The notes under the pieces were generated by a model. The model was not told where the DNA came from and searched no databases. It was given only the letters and a program-made list of their open reading frames with translations. The position numbers were made by a program, and so were the translations under genes. From a virus (Duplodnaviria; Caudoviricetes): 64,000 nucleotides of DNA. The stretch spans positions 1 to 64,000 of the IMG/VR virus record IMGVR_UViG_2825118518_000002; one strand, given 5' to 3'. This document shows, in pieces, positions 47,159-57,379 of this stretch (within the stretch, counting starts at the first letter, position 1; each line of letters starts with the position of its first letter).

Positions 47159-49023
47159 TGCTCCGACTCCAATTCATCGAGAGCTACAGCGCTCCGTTCG
47201 CACCGTCTGGAGCAGACGGTGATGCTTTCGTCGTGCTGTCGGGGTCGATCCTTGAGCAGCGAAACGGCCGCAAAGTGGAGCCTATCTTCCGCGTCACAAT
47301 TCAGAATCCTGGAATTGTCGGCTGGATGCCGGCAGCTCTGAGATACGCGATCTTGTGGGAGCAGCGCACCGAAGACGTGGCGCCCGTTCTCCTTGCTCGC
47401 GGGAGGCTCGTGCCCCTGCCGACAGGCATGGCCGGAGCCACGATCGAACTAACATTCCGCTGCCTGCCGCCGTCCAGCGACGATGTCGTCAAGTCCGCCG
47501 CCAATCTACTGCGGATTTCCGAGGCCTTTGACTACGATCCCGACGCCGAACTCGTCGATCGACTTGACGCCGAATATTACGATCCGCTTTTCTTCGGTGC
47601 TGCCGCCGATGACGACTACGAAGGCGTCCTTGTTGCCCGGCCGGAAATCTGGCGCTGGGATCGCCAGACGCTTGAAGTCAGCCGTACGCATATCGTCGAC
47701 AGCGATGTCATTCACGACATCGGTTTTAACGGCGTCGGCGATCCTCCTGCCCTGAGCGTCACGAACCCGCCGAAGCCGATTTCTCGCATCCGCCTGTCGG
47801 CTGCATGGACACAGACAGCTAAAGGCCGCCAGACAGTTTCAGAAAATAGCAGTGTGACCACGTTTACGTGGGAAGACTTCCAGAACACGTTCCCGCAGCC
47901 GGGCACATCCATCGGATCCAACACCGGATGGACTGTCGGCGAGTCCGAGATCGTCGACGTATCGGATTCGACTCCCGTGTCACTGACGATTTCCGGCTCG
48001 AAGTTCGGATCGGCATCGGGCGGCACGGTCAAGCTGCTTCCGAAATACATTGAATTCCGTATCGCCGCCGCGTTCGACTATCAGCAGCAACGCGAGGAGA
48101 TGCTGGAGATCCTCATGCCTTCCGGACTCCAGGAGCTTCCAGAAGAAGATGATCAAACGGAAACCATGGAGCAGCCAACCCTGCAGGCGCTCAATGTCGA
48201 TCCCTCGACGCCGGAGTGGCAGTATGAGGATCCCGATACGCTCGAGCGTATGCATTATGATGTCGGTTATGAAGTCCTCGCGAACGGATCGGCATGGTCG
48301 TGCGTGACCGAGCACGATGCCACCGAAGATTTCACAGTCCGCGAGATCGATGATGGCCCGGTTCTATGGGAACGCCGCGAGAAGCGCGCACCGATGAAGG
48401 ACTCAAAGTCAGCCAGATATTTCGACCTACCTCGCGGCGTTCGTTCCGTTCGCCACGCAGTCCTGCGCCTTTATCGATCCGTACTCGAACGCAGCCAATG
48501 TGCCGAGACGACATTCGAAGTGCCGTGGATGGTCGGCCGCTCTATCACGACCGCGGACTCCTGTCGGATCGCGCACCGTCGTCTCCCGGGTGGGGAGGTG
48601 ACAGGCAAGGTCACCAGTGTCGAGCTGGTCATGGAACAGGGCGGCAGACGGTCGGCTAAGATCTCCATCGTCAGCGTACCCGGGACCGGTACGATTGTAC
48701 CCGCGCCCGGCGAGGGCCAATTCCAGACCGGAGATGTGGTCTACTCGACTAGCTACCGAGGCGTCACTGAACCAGTGAACGCCGCAGCTCTCGCCGCGCA
48801 GTCGCCGAGGATCTTCGAATTCGAGAACATCTGGTCCGAGCAGGCGTCCGCGGCTAACGGCTCCTCGGATCCTGTTGCTGTAATCGGAGCGAACCCGACA
48901 CGGTTGCGGATTGCCTTCAACCCACTGCGCGAAGAAGACACCCTGCGTCGTCGGATGACGGTTACATGCCTTCCGCCGTCGCTGCCGAAGCAGCTAAATC
49001 TGCGTCCGGACATAGGAGCCTGA
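47158..49023 (+). CDS. Tail tip/hub protein
   Basis: ~620 aa after distal tail gene; TGATG coupling. Confidence 0.7.
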   Translation: MLRLQFIESYSAPFAPSGADGDAFVVLSGSILEQRNGRKVEPIFRVTIQNPGIVGWMPAALRYAILWEQRTEDVAPVLLARGRLVPLPTGMAGATIELTFRCLPPSSDDVVKSAANLLRISEAFDYDPDAELVDRLDAEYYDPLFFGAAADDDYEGVLVARPEIWRWDRQTLEVSRTHIVDSDVIHDIGFNGVGDPPALSVTNPPKPISRIRLSAAWTQTAKGRQTVSENSSVTTFTWEDFQNTFPQPGTSIGSNTGWTVGESEIVDVSDSTPVSLTISGSKFGSASGGTVKLLPKYIEFRIAAAFDYQQQREEMLEILMPSGLQELPEEDDQTETMEQPTLQALNVDPSTPEWQYEDPDTLERMHYDVGYEVLANGSAWSCVTEHDATEDFTVREIDDGPVLWERREKRAPMKDSKSARYFDLPRGVRSVRHAVLRLYRSVLERSQCAETTFEVPWMVGRSITTADSCRIAHRRLPGGEVTGKVTSVELVMEQGGRRSAKISIVSVPGTGTIVPAPGEGQFQTGDVVYSTSYRGVTEPVNAAALAAQSPRIFEFENIWSEQASAANGSSDPVAVIGANPTRLRIAFNPLREEDTLRRRMTVTCLPPSLPKQLNLRPDIGA

Positions 49024-49024
49024 C

Positions 49025-49234
49025 ATGTCCCAAAGAACGAACCTCGCGATGAGTGCCTTTGTCGTCAGACGCATCCGTTCCGAAGTCGATGGTCGGCCGA
49101 AGACTGTGACCTATGATGTCATGCCACGATGGGATGTGACCAGCGAGACAGGACTTGTCATCGGTAGTGAGGGTGCGGTGGACGCCTCGTCGTGTATGAT
49201 CTCAACCAGCATCCCGTTCACGCCGCCTACGTGA
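49025..49234 (+). CDS. Small tail-module protein
   Basis: RBS AGGAG; last gene of tail operon. Confidence 0.55.
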   Translation: MSQRTNLAMSAFVVRRIRSEVDGRPKTVTYDVMPRWDVTSETGLVIGSEGAVDASSCMISTSIPFTPPT

Positions 49235-49982
49235 TGCGCCTGATTTCCTCGCGGTGATCGCCCCACTTCCAATCTGGCAACTCCCATCGAGGAACATCGA
49301 GCATTACACCCGCCAGCGCTTCTTCCATCTCCATGGCCTTGTGAAACTGCGCTCGTCCAAAGTGCAGCGGCAGCCGTTCCTCTGGATATTCATCCTTCGA
49401 GTCTAGGATAATTCGGAAGGGCATGATCTCCTGAAGATCAGCTAGGAAACGGCCATGCTCCTTGTAGTAACCCGTGTTCGCACTCGCGATCGCCTTAGTC
49501 AGCCTTCCAGACACAGGTTCGTATGAGATGATCCAGCAAACCTTCACGCCGGACCGAACGTAACGATCACTTCTGCTGAGGAAGTCCCGTAGATGCTGGC
49601 TCGATAATTGGATTTCGAATGCGACGCGCCGTCCATCGTGAGTCTCCGTCAGGACATCCGCGACCCATTCCTCGCCGTCTGGCGAAACTCCGGGGACCTC
49701 GATGTTCGCTTTAAAGCCCATAGATCGCAGCGACTTGACGACGTCGATCTTCAGGCGGGTGTGCGCGTAGCTCTCCGGCTTTGGAAGAGCGCCAGTGTAT
49801 CCTGGATAGTGTGCGAAAAACCTCAACCCCTTGATCGAGGTCTTCGCAGTCGCAGGCCACTTCGTCCGGGGCATCGTTATGCTGCCTTTGGGCAGTTGGC
49901 AGAGCGCATCCCAGACGGAATCCGTTACCGAAAAAGCCTCAAGCTCTTCTCCGGTTGCGGTTAGGTATGCGATCTGCCCCAT
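49227..49982 (-). CDS. CoiA-like PD-(D/E)xK nuclease
   Basis: FFAH..ESYAH..K, ADV, AFEIQLS motifs. Confidence 0.8.
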   Translation of the reverse strand: MGQIAYLTATGEELEAFSVTDSVWDALCQLPKGSITMPRTKWPATAKTSIKGLRFFAHYPGYTGALPKPESYAHTRLKIDVVKSLRSMGFKANIEVPGVSPDGEEWVADVLTETHDGRRVAFEIQLSSQHLRDFLSRSDRYVRSGVKVCWIISYEPVSGRLTKAIASANTGYYKEHGRFLADLQEIMPFRIILDSKDEYPEERLPLHFGRAQFHKAMEMEEALAGVMLDVPRWELPDWKWGDHREEIRRIT

Positions 49983-49991
49983 TCGTGATCC

Positions 49992-50306
49992 TTAGATTGT
50001 GATCTCTGCTTCATACTGCCCGCTCGGCAGCTTTCGATATACTACCCGGCCGCCCTTATTGCCTATCTTGACCAGCTCTCGCCCCCATACGTCTCCGTAG
50101 CGGAGAGCCAGTGCGATATCCCGAGGGTTCGTCGGAGGGGTTAGTGGCAGCTCGAATCCGGTCGTCAGATTGGGGGCGATGTCCGGCCATTGCTCGGTTT
50201 CCGAGGTCATCTGAATGTCCGAGGCATCGATGACCAAAGTATATGTGCCGCCATTGGCCAGGATGTTGTCGATTCCTGCTCGATCAGCAGCGGTGAGAGC
50301 CACCAT
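49992..50306 (-). CDS. Hypothetical protein
   Basis: RBS GAGGAGG; co-oriented with nuclease. Confidence 0.65.
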   Translation of the reverse strand: MVALTAADRAGIDNILANGGTYTLVIDASDIQMTSETEQWPDIAPNLTTGFELPLTPPTNPRDIALALRYGDVWGRELVKIGNKGGRVVYRKLPSGQYEAEITI

Positions 50307-50388
50307 TTTTCATCGTCCTCCTCGAATCTTGCACGGTAGTCGGTTCCACTCACTGGAGATCACATTCCAGAACCGAGTACAACCGACA

Positions 50389-50673
50389 ATGAGCGATACA
50401 CTTCCGTCCGGTGAGATCCTTGAGTTGATCAAGGGACAGGCCCGGCTCGAGACCAAACTCGACCAGTTTTTCTCGAGCCAGACGGCCATGAAGAGCGAGA
50501 TCGACACCCTGAAGGTCGATATCGGCGCCGTGAAAGCCGATATCGCCGAGATCAAAGTCCAGCGCCGGATCACCAAGGGCTATATTTCGTTCATTGTCGC
50601 CGGCGTCTCGCTGGTTGCGGGTGTCGTCGGCCAGTTTATCGATCCCCTCATGAAAAAATTGTTCGGCGTATAA
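50389..50673 (+). CDS. Coiled-coil protein with C-terminal TM helix (XhlA/holin-like)
   Basis: Heptads then hydrophobic helix. Confidence 0.65.
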   Translation: MSDTLPSGEILELIKGQARLETKLDQFFSSQTAMKSEIDTLKVDIGAVKADIAEIKVQRRITKGYISFIVAGVSLVAGVVGQFIDPLMKKLFGV

Positions 50674-50814
50674 TCGTTGGGCGGCCCAATGTCGTCAACC
50701 GGATTGCCGATACGCTCGCAAAAACAAAGCGTTGACGACTTGCGGCGGAGTCCGCCGACGCAAACCATCTTTTCAGACCTGCTCAAAGAAGCGGGCTATT
50801 GAAAGGATACCGAA

Positions 50815-52710
50815 ATGCAGAATTCAAGCAGGTCCGCAGTCCGTCCGCTCATAGAAGACGTTCCCGCCGTCCGGCAAATGCTTGCCGATGGCACTCGTTA
50901 CACTGACATCTGGAAATCTCTCGGCATCACAAAACAACGGCTGGATCGCATCAAGAAATTAATCGCCGAAATCGACACCGCCGAACCAGCCGCCGTTGAG
51001 CCGCCTGCTCCGGCACCTAAATCCCCCAAGATCAAGCCGAAGACCGAAAATGATCTTCGGGAACGGATTGCCACCGATGAACTCACGGTGCCGTTTTCGA
51101 ACTGGCTCGGGAACGGCTGGTACCGTGAATCCGGAGATCCGCAGGAAATCTTCGAAACCGACGAGAATGGCGAGCAGCAGCTCGTAGGCATGAAGATCGA
51201 CCCCGGTGTTCTCTGGCCGGACGAATGGAATGGACCGAAGTCGCTCGACGATATCTGGATCAGCCCGAACGTGCCTGCTCCTCGTCGATCGAGGAAAGCG
51301 GGTATCATCGTCTCGATGCACCAAGCACAGACTCCGACCCACGGGCCGTTTGCGGTGAACCTGCATGCTCTCGCGGTCGCACTGGGCGGATACGACATCC
51401 TTCTTGGTGGTGCGACCTACGGGAAGAGCCTGTTCACGAAGAAGCGGAAGCGTGACATCCTCGAAGTCGCGCCGTGGTCGTCGATGGTCTCCCATCTGGT
51501 CACCCGCAGTCGGCAGCATCTCGCTCCTGGTGTGCAGTTCTGCGCCGAGATGAACATGCGTCCAACGAAATCGAATCCGCTCACAGGCCTCAACGGATAT
51601 ATCCGCGGAACGACGTCGATCTTCGCTCATCCTAAACGCGCCATCGTCTCCGTGCCGCGGCCGCAATTCTCCGATCCGGTGACGATGTGGACGACAGGCG
51701 CATGCAGCGTGCCAAACTACGTCGAGCAAGAAGCCGGGTTGAAGGGGCTTCAGCGTCATACCATCGGCGCCGTCATCGTTGAGATCGACAACGAGGATCG
51801 CATCTTCGTCCGCAATATCGATGCCGATCCCGAAACCGGAAATTTCTTCGATCTGGATCTCTTCGTCTCAGGCGGGAACGTCTACACGATCGACGAAGCG
51901 ATTGAGGAATCTCAGGGACAGCTCGAGCGCCCATTCCTCGGCATCCCGTGCACGCATCGCGCCGGGATCCACCCACCCTATGCTCGCGCGATGTGGGGAT
52001 ATGGTGGCAACCCGGAGGGTGACCGTCCTCTGATCGATCTTGTCCGTGCTCGTGGCCAAGCTTTCAATGACCTCTTCGACGGTCAGGCGATCAATCACCA
52101 CGAAGATCGGAATCCGCTGGCGCTCTATCGCCGACACGCGGACAAGAAGCAGTTCGTTGAGCCTGAGATCGATCAGGCAGCGCGCTTCTTGTCGGAGACT
52201 GCAAGGCCCTGGTGCAAGAGCTACATCGTCTATTCCAACCACGACGACTTCCTAAAGCGGTGGCTTGAGCGGCCTTCTACTGAGGTATCCGTCGAGAACT
52301 CGAAGCTGTGGCACCTCGCCAACTATGAATGCCGCGCTGCCATCGATCGTGGCGATGCTTTCGACGTCTTCGAGTGGGTCATTCGCCGTTCGAATCCGTC
52401 AGCCGAGTTCGAACTGGTGAACGCAGACAAGCCACTCCACGTGTACGGCACCTACTACAATTTCCACGGAGATGTCGGCGCGAACGGCGCCCGAGGATCC
52501 ACCGCAGGGCTGGCGAAGCTCGGGCTGAAGATCTCGAAGGCCCACGACCACGGCCTCGGCTGGATCGACGACTGCATCTCCATGGGCAACCTGATCCACC
52601 GTGCTGACTATGCTAAGGGGCCGACGGGATGGGTCGGCGCTTGGCATCTCGGACACTCAGACGGAAACAGACAAGTTGGTCTTCTCGTCGGCGACAAGTA
52701 TCGAGCCTAG
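50815..52710 (+). CDS. T5 A1-like metallophosphoesterase with N-terminal HTH
   Basis: TTGACSVPNY..AG.K...HTIGAVIVE, DLFDG, SNHD, HGD.GANGARGS, AHDH. Confidence 0.7.
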   Translation: MQNSSRSAVRPLIEDVPAVRQMLADGTRYTDIWKSLGITKQRLDRIKKLIAEIDTAEPAAVEPPAPAPKSPKIKPKTENDLRERIATDELTVPFSNWLGNGWYRESGDPQEIFETDENGEQQLVGMKIDPGVLWPDEWNGPKSLDDIWISPNVPAPRRSRKAGIIVSMHQAQTPTHGPFAVNLHALAVALGGYDILLGGATYGKSLFTKKRKRDILEVAPWSSMVSHLVTRSRQHLAPGVQFCAEMNMRPTKSNPLTGLNGYIRGTTSIFAHPKRAIVSVPRPQFSDPVTMWTTGACSVPNYVEQEAGLKGLQRHTIGAVIVEIDNEDRIFVRNIDADPETGNFFDLDLFVSGGNVYTIDEAIEESQGQLERPFLGIPCTHRAGIHPPYARAMWGYGGNPEGDRPLIDLVRARGQAFNDLFDGQAINHHEDRNPLALYRRHADKKQFVEPEIDQAARFLSETARPWCKSYIVYSNHDDFLKRWLERPSTEVSVENSKLWHLANYECRAAIDRGDAFDVFEWVIRRSNPSAEFELVNADKPLHVYGTYYNFHGDVGANGARGSTAGLAKLGLKISKAHDHGLGWIDDCISMGNLIHRADYAKGPTGWVGAWHLGHSDGNRQVGLLVGDKYRA

Positions 52711-53069
52711 TCTTCGGCTTCCTCTTCCTGAAGTCCAAGCTCCGTGTATAGCGCGTCTTGGTCAATTGATCCCGTCGTGCGGAAAGCCCGCATCTCCGCC
52801 GAGACCAACTGACCAGCCCGTAACGGGGTCGCGCCCTCGAGCGTCGTTGCTTTGAGTAGGCCATAACCACCGCGTTGCTCGAGTGGATACATCAGGAGTC
52901 CGAACTCAGCCGCCCATTCGACAACACTAGTCCTAAACGCCGCCTTCAGCGTGGTGCGTCTGGAAACTGTTTTCAGCGTCTGATCGCTGATGCGAGCGCG
53001 AGTGCGTTCAGATCTGTGCAGCATCGTGGCGAGCAGTAGGGCAGTATCAGCAGACGACATGTAGGCCAT
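52707..53069 (-). CDS. Hypothetical protein
   Basis: RBS AAGGAGG; 120 aa. Confidence 0.7.
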   Translation of the reverse strand: MAYMSSADTALLLATMLHRSERTRARISDQTLKTVSRRTTLKAAFRTSVVEWAAEFGLLMYPLEQRGGYGLLKATTLEGATPLRAGQLVSAEMRAFRTTGSIDQDALYTELGLQEEEAED

Positions 53070-53207
53070 GGTTGACGATCCTCCTTCAGGATTTGTGTGA
53101 TCCTAAATAAGGATTTTTTGGATCTCGTCAATCGAGTTTTGCTGCCGGCGATTTCCTTGTGTTTTGTAATGTTAGAACATAACATGAGTATCACTCTGGA
53201 GACTATC

Positions 53208-53459
53208 ATGGCTGCCACATACCTACCCACCCCTTTCAAATGCGCAACGGCAGTGGAGATCGAGGCCAAGCTCTCCGCGGAAGTCATTCAGCACATTGAT
53301 GCTCGGCGACTGTCCTCGGCCGAAATCAGCCGCCGATATCCGACAATCCGTCTCGAACATCTCCAGAAACTTCGCCGCGGGGAGCCTCTAAATTTCAGGG
53401 TCCTGTCGGCGCTCATCGAAGCTACGGGCGCGCCCGTCAACATCCGGGTGAACTCATGA
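53208..53459 (+). CDS. XRE-like HTH protein
   Basis: RLSSAEIS...LQKLRRG..FRVLSALIEATG. Confidence 0.65.
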   Translation: MAATYLPTPFKCATAVEIEAKLSAEVIQHIDARRLSSAEISRRYPTIRLEHLQKLRRGEPLNFRVLSALIEATGAPVNIRVNS

Positions 53460-54277
53460 AATTCACGTACCCCCGCGCCATGAAGCAGATCCGCATCTTC
53501 GAAGGCGGCTGGTCGAACCACCCGAAAGATCCGGGCGGCGCCACCATGTACGGCATCATCCAGCGGGAATACGATGCTTACCGGACACTCAAGGATCGCT
53601 CGAAGCAGTCGGTCCGGTTGATCACCGAAGACGAGGTCGCCGAGATCTATCGCAGTCAGTATGCGGACAAGGTTCGCTACGACGACCTGCCTGCAGGTGT
53701 CGATTTCGCGACTCTCGACGGCGCCATCAATTCGGGTGTATCGCGCGGATCCAAATGGCTTCAAGGTGCCCTCGGTATTGCCGCCGACGGAGTGGTCGGC
53801 GCGCAGACGGTTGCTGCGGCTGCCAAGGCCGATGCCCTGAAGACCATCAAGGCCATCTACAGCAAGCGCACTGGGTTCCTCCGCGGGCTGACGACATTCA
53901 GCACATTCGGCAAAGGGTGGATCTCCAGGTGCACGACTGGCGAGGCGTTCTCGATGAAGCTCCAACTCGATCAGCGTGCCACATCCCCGGCATCACAACA
54001 GATCGTCCTTCTGTCGGAATCCACGACAGCATCTAAGAATTCGAAGACTGCAGGTGCAGGCGTTGCGGGATCTGCGGCTTCTTCAGCGACATCCAGCACG
54101 CAGATCGACACGTCGAATCTTGCAGGACTGGAGAGCATTCTGGTGATCGGAGCGGTCATCGGTCTCGCCGTGCTGACCGTCTACCTTATCCACCGTTATC
54201 GCGTCCAGAAGGCCAGATCCGAGGCCTACGCCGCTGTAGCGGCAACCGCCACTGAAGCTTCAGGAGCTGCCGCATGA
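53456..54277 (+). CDS. Endolysin, glycoside hydrolase family 108, with C-terminal TM helix
   Basis: EGGWSNHPKDPGGATMYGI; DGVVGAQT; FGKGW..R. Confidence 0.92.
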   Translation: MKFTYPRAMKQIRIFEGGWSNHPKDPGGATMYGIIQREYDAYRTLKDRSKQSVRLITEDEVAEIYRSQYADKVRYDDLPAGVDFATLDGAINSGVSRGSKWLQGALGIAADGVVGAQTVAAAAKADALKTIKAIYSKRTGFLRGLTTFSTFGKGWISRCTTGEAFSMKLQLDQRATSPASQQIVLLSESTTASKNSKTAGAGVAGSAASSATSSTQIDTSNLAGLESILVIGAVIGLAVLTVYLIHRYRVQKARSEAYAAVAATATEASGAAA

Positions 54278-54516
54278 ATCCGAGAATGCTCGATCTCGTC
54301 CGAACCCTTGTCACGATCGTCGCGACCGTGCTCCTTGCGGACAGCAAGCTGTCCCCGGATGACATCAATACCCTTGCAGCCGGCGCCACAATTGCTCTGA
54401 CGCTTGGCTACGGCATCTATGAACGCAAGCACGAAGGTTGGAAATTCGGCCGGAAGCGCTTCGAGCCGGGCGCCGAGATCAAGGACGGCGGCCAGACATG
54501 GGTCTGTAAAGAGTGA
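54274..54516 (+). CDS. Holin-like protein
   Basis: Two hydrophobic helices, basic tail, in lysis cassette. Confidence 0.7.
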   Translation: MNPRMLDLVRTLVTIVATVLLADSKLSPDDINTLAAGATIALTLGYGIYERKHEGWKFGRKRFEPGAEIKDGGQTWVCKE

Positions 54517-54776
54517 TGATGATGTTGACGGCACTGTTCGCATGGATGACCTCGTCGTGCGGTAAGGTCGTGGCCAAATGGGGCGCCATCGCCGCCGCCG
54601 TCGGACTGGCCTACTGGCGAATCCGAGAATCCGGTCGCGCTGCCGAACGAGCTGATCGGGCGTGCGAGACCACCAAGGCAGCCGCCAACCGAGAGAAGAT
54701 CCATGACCAGGTTTCGAAACTGCCTGACGCTGATGTTCGTGATGAGCTGTCTGGCTGGGTGCGCGACGACATCTGA
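54513..54776 (+). CDS. Rz-like inner spanin
   Basis: N-terminal TM + helical tail. Confidence 0.7.
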   Translation: MMMMLTALFAWMTSSCGKVVAKWGAIAAAVGLAYWRIRESGRAAERADRACETTKAAANREKIHDQVSKLPDADVRDELSGWVRDDI

Positions 54777-54903
54777 CTGGTGCGCGTCCAACCGTCCGAT
54801 CCGTCCGACCACCGAGGATGTCGCAACGATGTCATCGGGAACGGCTCGACAGATCCTAGAGCATAATCGAAGCGGTCAAGATCTGTGCGGATGGAAGCCT
54901 TGA
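54703..54903 (+). CDS. Rz1-like outer spanin lipoprotein
   Basis: Lipobox LAGC; overlaps Rz-like gene. Confidence 0.75.
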   Translation: MTRFRNCLTLMFVMSCLAGCATTSDWCASNRPIRPTTEDVATMSSGTARQILEHNRSGQDLCGWKP

Positions 54904-55128
54904 TCACGCCGTGAAGCCGGAGATGACCAGTAGCACGACAACGAAAGCCGCCAGCGCCGAGTAAAGCTTCAGCTTGCTCTTGTCGATCCGGAGAACGATG
55001 ATCTCGCGCTCAAGTGGCGCACCGAGTGACTGAGGCTCGAGTACGGTCTCGCGGTAGCTCTCGACGAAAGGCACCCGACCGCGTTCGAGCCGATCTCTCC
55101 GCTCATCCATTCTTCTTCTCGGATCCAT
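54904..55128 (-). CDS. Small membrane protein
   Basis: C-terminal TM helix. Confidence 0.5.
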   Translation of the reverse strand: MDPRRRMDERRDRLERGRVPFVESYRETVLEPQSLGAPLEREIIVLRIDKSKLKLYSALAAFVVVLLVISGFTA

Positions 55129-55146
55129 CTTCGCCCCATTATGCGC

Positions 55147-55228
55147 CTTAAGTCGCGAACAGCGACAATTTCCGTTCTTAAGTCGCGTTTATCGACAGAT
55201 ACAGCCCTATCCGCCGTCTTAAGTCGTG
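55147..55228 (+). repeat. Three CTTAAGTCGYG direct repeats
   Basis: Copies at 55147, 55177, 55218. Confidence 0.8.
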
Positions 55229-55247
55229 AATATCTTACAGCTTAAAC

Positions 55248-55769
55248 CTATACATTCTTCGAGCGCTTCACTCGCACCCAGCGACCCCACTTCTCTTGCG
55301 GGTAGGCAATCTGCGTGATCTCGCGATTGCGCTGGAGTGCCTCATGCTGCCGAGCATGCCGCTCTGCGACCTTCCAACGATAGTAGACGGTTCCGGCAAG
55401 CGCGATGATGCACAGCGCGACGACCAGCCATGCGGCGGCCCAAATGATCCAGACGATGCCCACGAGGAGATAGTCATCTCCGTTCTTGAAATTCGACGCG
55501 AAGATCAGTTCGATCAGTCCGTCTTTTATGATGATGATCGGCGCCGCCAACATAAGAAAGAAGATGGCGAGGTATGGCAGCGCCCCCATCATCAGACGCT
55601 CCCAGCGGATCTGCCAGAGGTCTTCGTGGTAAAACCCTTGCGCCTGGTGGCCGATCCTTCCGGTGTAGTATCCAGCCATGCATAGAAAGAAAATTGCCAA
55701 AACTGCGTAGCCACCAGCAAGCGCATAGAACATTCGCGGAATTCCCCCAGGCAGCCGCAACTTCTGCAT
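55248..55769 (-). CDS. Multi-pass membrane protein
   Basis: Three hydrophobic segments. Confidence 0.65.
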   Translation of the reverse strand: MQKLRLPGGIPRMFYALAGGYAVLAIFFLCMAGYYTGRIGHQAQGFYHEDLWQIRWERLMMGALPYLAIFFLMLAAPIIIIKDGLIELIFASNFKNGDDYLLVGIVWIIWAAAWLVVALCIIALAGTVYYRWKVAERHARQHEALQRNREITQIAYPQEKWGRWVRVKRSKNV

Positions 55770-55923
55770 TTATAATCCCGCGAAGATATCGCGTCGAGGG
55801 GGCAGATCCTCGCTTCCAGGATAGCAATCCATGCTTCCTGGGACGAATCCGCCGGCGCTTTCGGTTGTTTGTGGGTTTCGGCCGACGGCAGGATCCTGGT
55901 CTCGTCAGACAAGGAGAACATAC

Positions 55924-56475
55924 ATGCTGAAGAAAGCCCTGAACCCGATCTGGTACCTGAACGGCCTGACGGCCATCCTGCACGATCTGTTCGGACGAAT
56001 GCTGCGGTGGCTGGGCCTAATGAAATCGCAGCCGCCCATCGCCCACGACAACACGCAGGTTGATGATGTTCTAGCCGCGGCTGAGCAGGCAGCCGAGGAT
56101 GCGGCGGCAATGGAAGAGCTGGGTAAGCAGATGACCCCGGCCGAAGTCGTGCGCAAATATGCGAAAGCGAATGAAGAAGATCGTCCGAGCATCGATCTGT
56201 CAGCTCTGACTGCGCAGCAGCAAGACTGGCTTCTGAGCCGATCTGATGTAGATCTGGTTTTCCTCGCGAACGAGACCGATACCGGACTCGAGCGCTCGTT
56301 GGAAGCTCTGCAAGTGTTTCGATGGAAACCGCGTCGTCCAGAACAAGAGCCAGCCCCAGTTCTGTCGACGACGCCGATGTCAGATGAAGAAAAAGCGCTT
56401 TTCATTCGCGCCCGCGTCTCGGAACTCTGGCTACCGAACGGAAGCGCCAATCCGGAACCGAAGTACCGAGGGTGA
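55924..56475 (+). CDS. Hypothetical protein
   Basis: RBS AAGGAG. Confidence 0.7.
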   Translation: MLKKALNPIWYLNGLTAILHDLFGRMLRWLGLMKSQPPIAHDNTQVDDVLAAAEQAAEDAAAMEELGKQMTPAEVVRKYAKANEEDRPSIDLSALTAQQQDWLLSRSDVDLVFLANETDTGLERSLEALQVFRWKPRRPEQEPAPVLSTTPMSDEEKALFIRARVSELWLPNGSANPEPKYRG

Positions 56476-56636
56476 GCGGTCAACTGTCACCCTGTCGCAT
56501 CTCATTCCGAAACCGCCCGAGGTCACGGCCGGGCGGTTCTCGACTTCAAAGCGTTTCAGCGCCTCGAAAAGTTCCGGGATCTCGAACAAAATGTCGCCGA
56601 ACTGCGCGACGAGGCCTTCGTCGGAGAGATCAGGGA

Positions 56637-56957
56637 TCATGCTGCACTCCGTGCGCGGTTGCGGTCGATGAATGCCTGACGCTGTGCCAGCACCGTCTTG
56701 AGCTGGCGAACTTCCGCTTCGAGAGCGGCGATGCGCCGTGCACCAGCGATAGCAAGACGGCCGAGTTCGTCCGCGCGACTAAGGGCTTCGGCGAGGTCGC
56801 GTGCCTCCCGACGGCGCATGTCCGCTTCACGAACACGATCTGCATGGCGGATCCCATTCATGAGACCGCCGGAAAGCGCCTGGGCGACGCCGTAGGACAG
56901 GACTCCAACCTGGAGCGCTGCGCTGACCGCGGGATCGGGAGCAATGTGTCGGTGCAT
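56637..56957 (-). CDS. Coiled-coil hypothetical protein
   Basis: RBS AAGGAGG. Confidence 0.7.
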   Translation of the reverse strand: MHRHIAPDPAVSAALQVGVLSYGVAQALSGGLMNGIRHADRVREADMRRREARDLAEALSRADELGRLAIAGARRIAALEAEVRQLKTVLAQRQAFIDRNRARSAA

Positions 56958-57079
56958 GCGAACCTCCTTCAATCAAGAGAGGCCGACGCTATACGGACCC
57001 GGAACATTTGAGAGCCCCGCTGAGCGAAAATTCTGCTGCCAGTGTAAACAGAGTACGATCGGGAACACTGACTGGTCCG

Positions 57080-57379
57080 TTATCGCTTCATGCGACCGAG
57101 CTTCATTCGATTGCCAATCCTATTGTTGCATTTCGTACATCGAAGTCTCGGAAACAATGTCACGATAGGAGTCCGCTTGCCGTATCGCCGCGACAGCTCC
57201 CAGCGGTCGAGCCAGCCAGTGTGACTGCACATCGCACAACACCCCGCGAGCAGGTACCATTGTTCGAGTTGCTCGAAAGTGAGGTCGTCATCCTTGGACT
57301 GCTTGAACGGCGCGGCCGCATCCGCCGCATGGGCGGCCGCTGGAACTCCGGGGGCGGAGGATCCGGCGCCTTCTCGCAT
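57080..57379 (-). CDS. Zinc-finger protein
   Basis: CAMCSH...LRCTKC. Confidence 0.6.
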   Translation of the reverse strand: MREGAGSSAPGVPAAAHAADAAAPFKQSKDDDLTFEQLEQWYLLAGCCAMCSHTGWLDRWELSRRYGKRTPIVTLFPRLRCTKCNNRIGNRMKLGRMKR

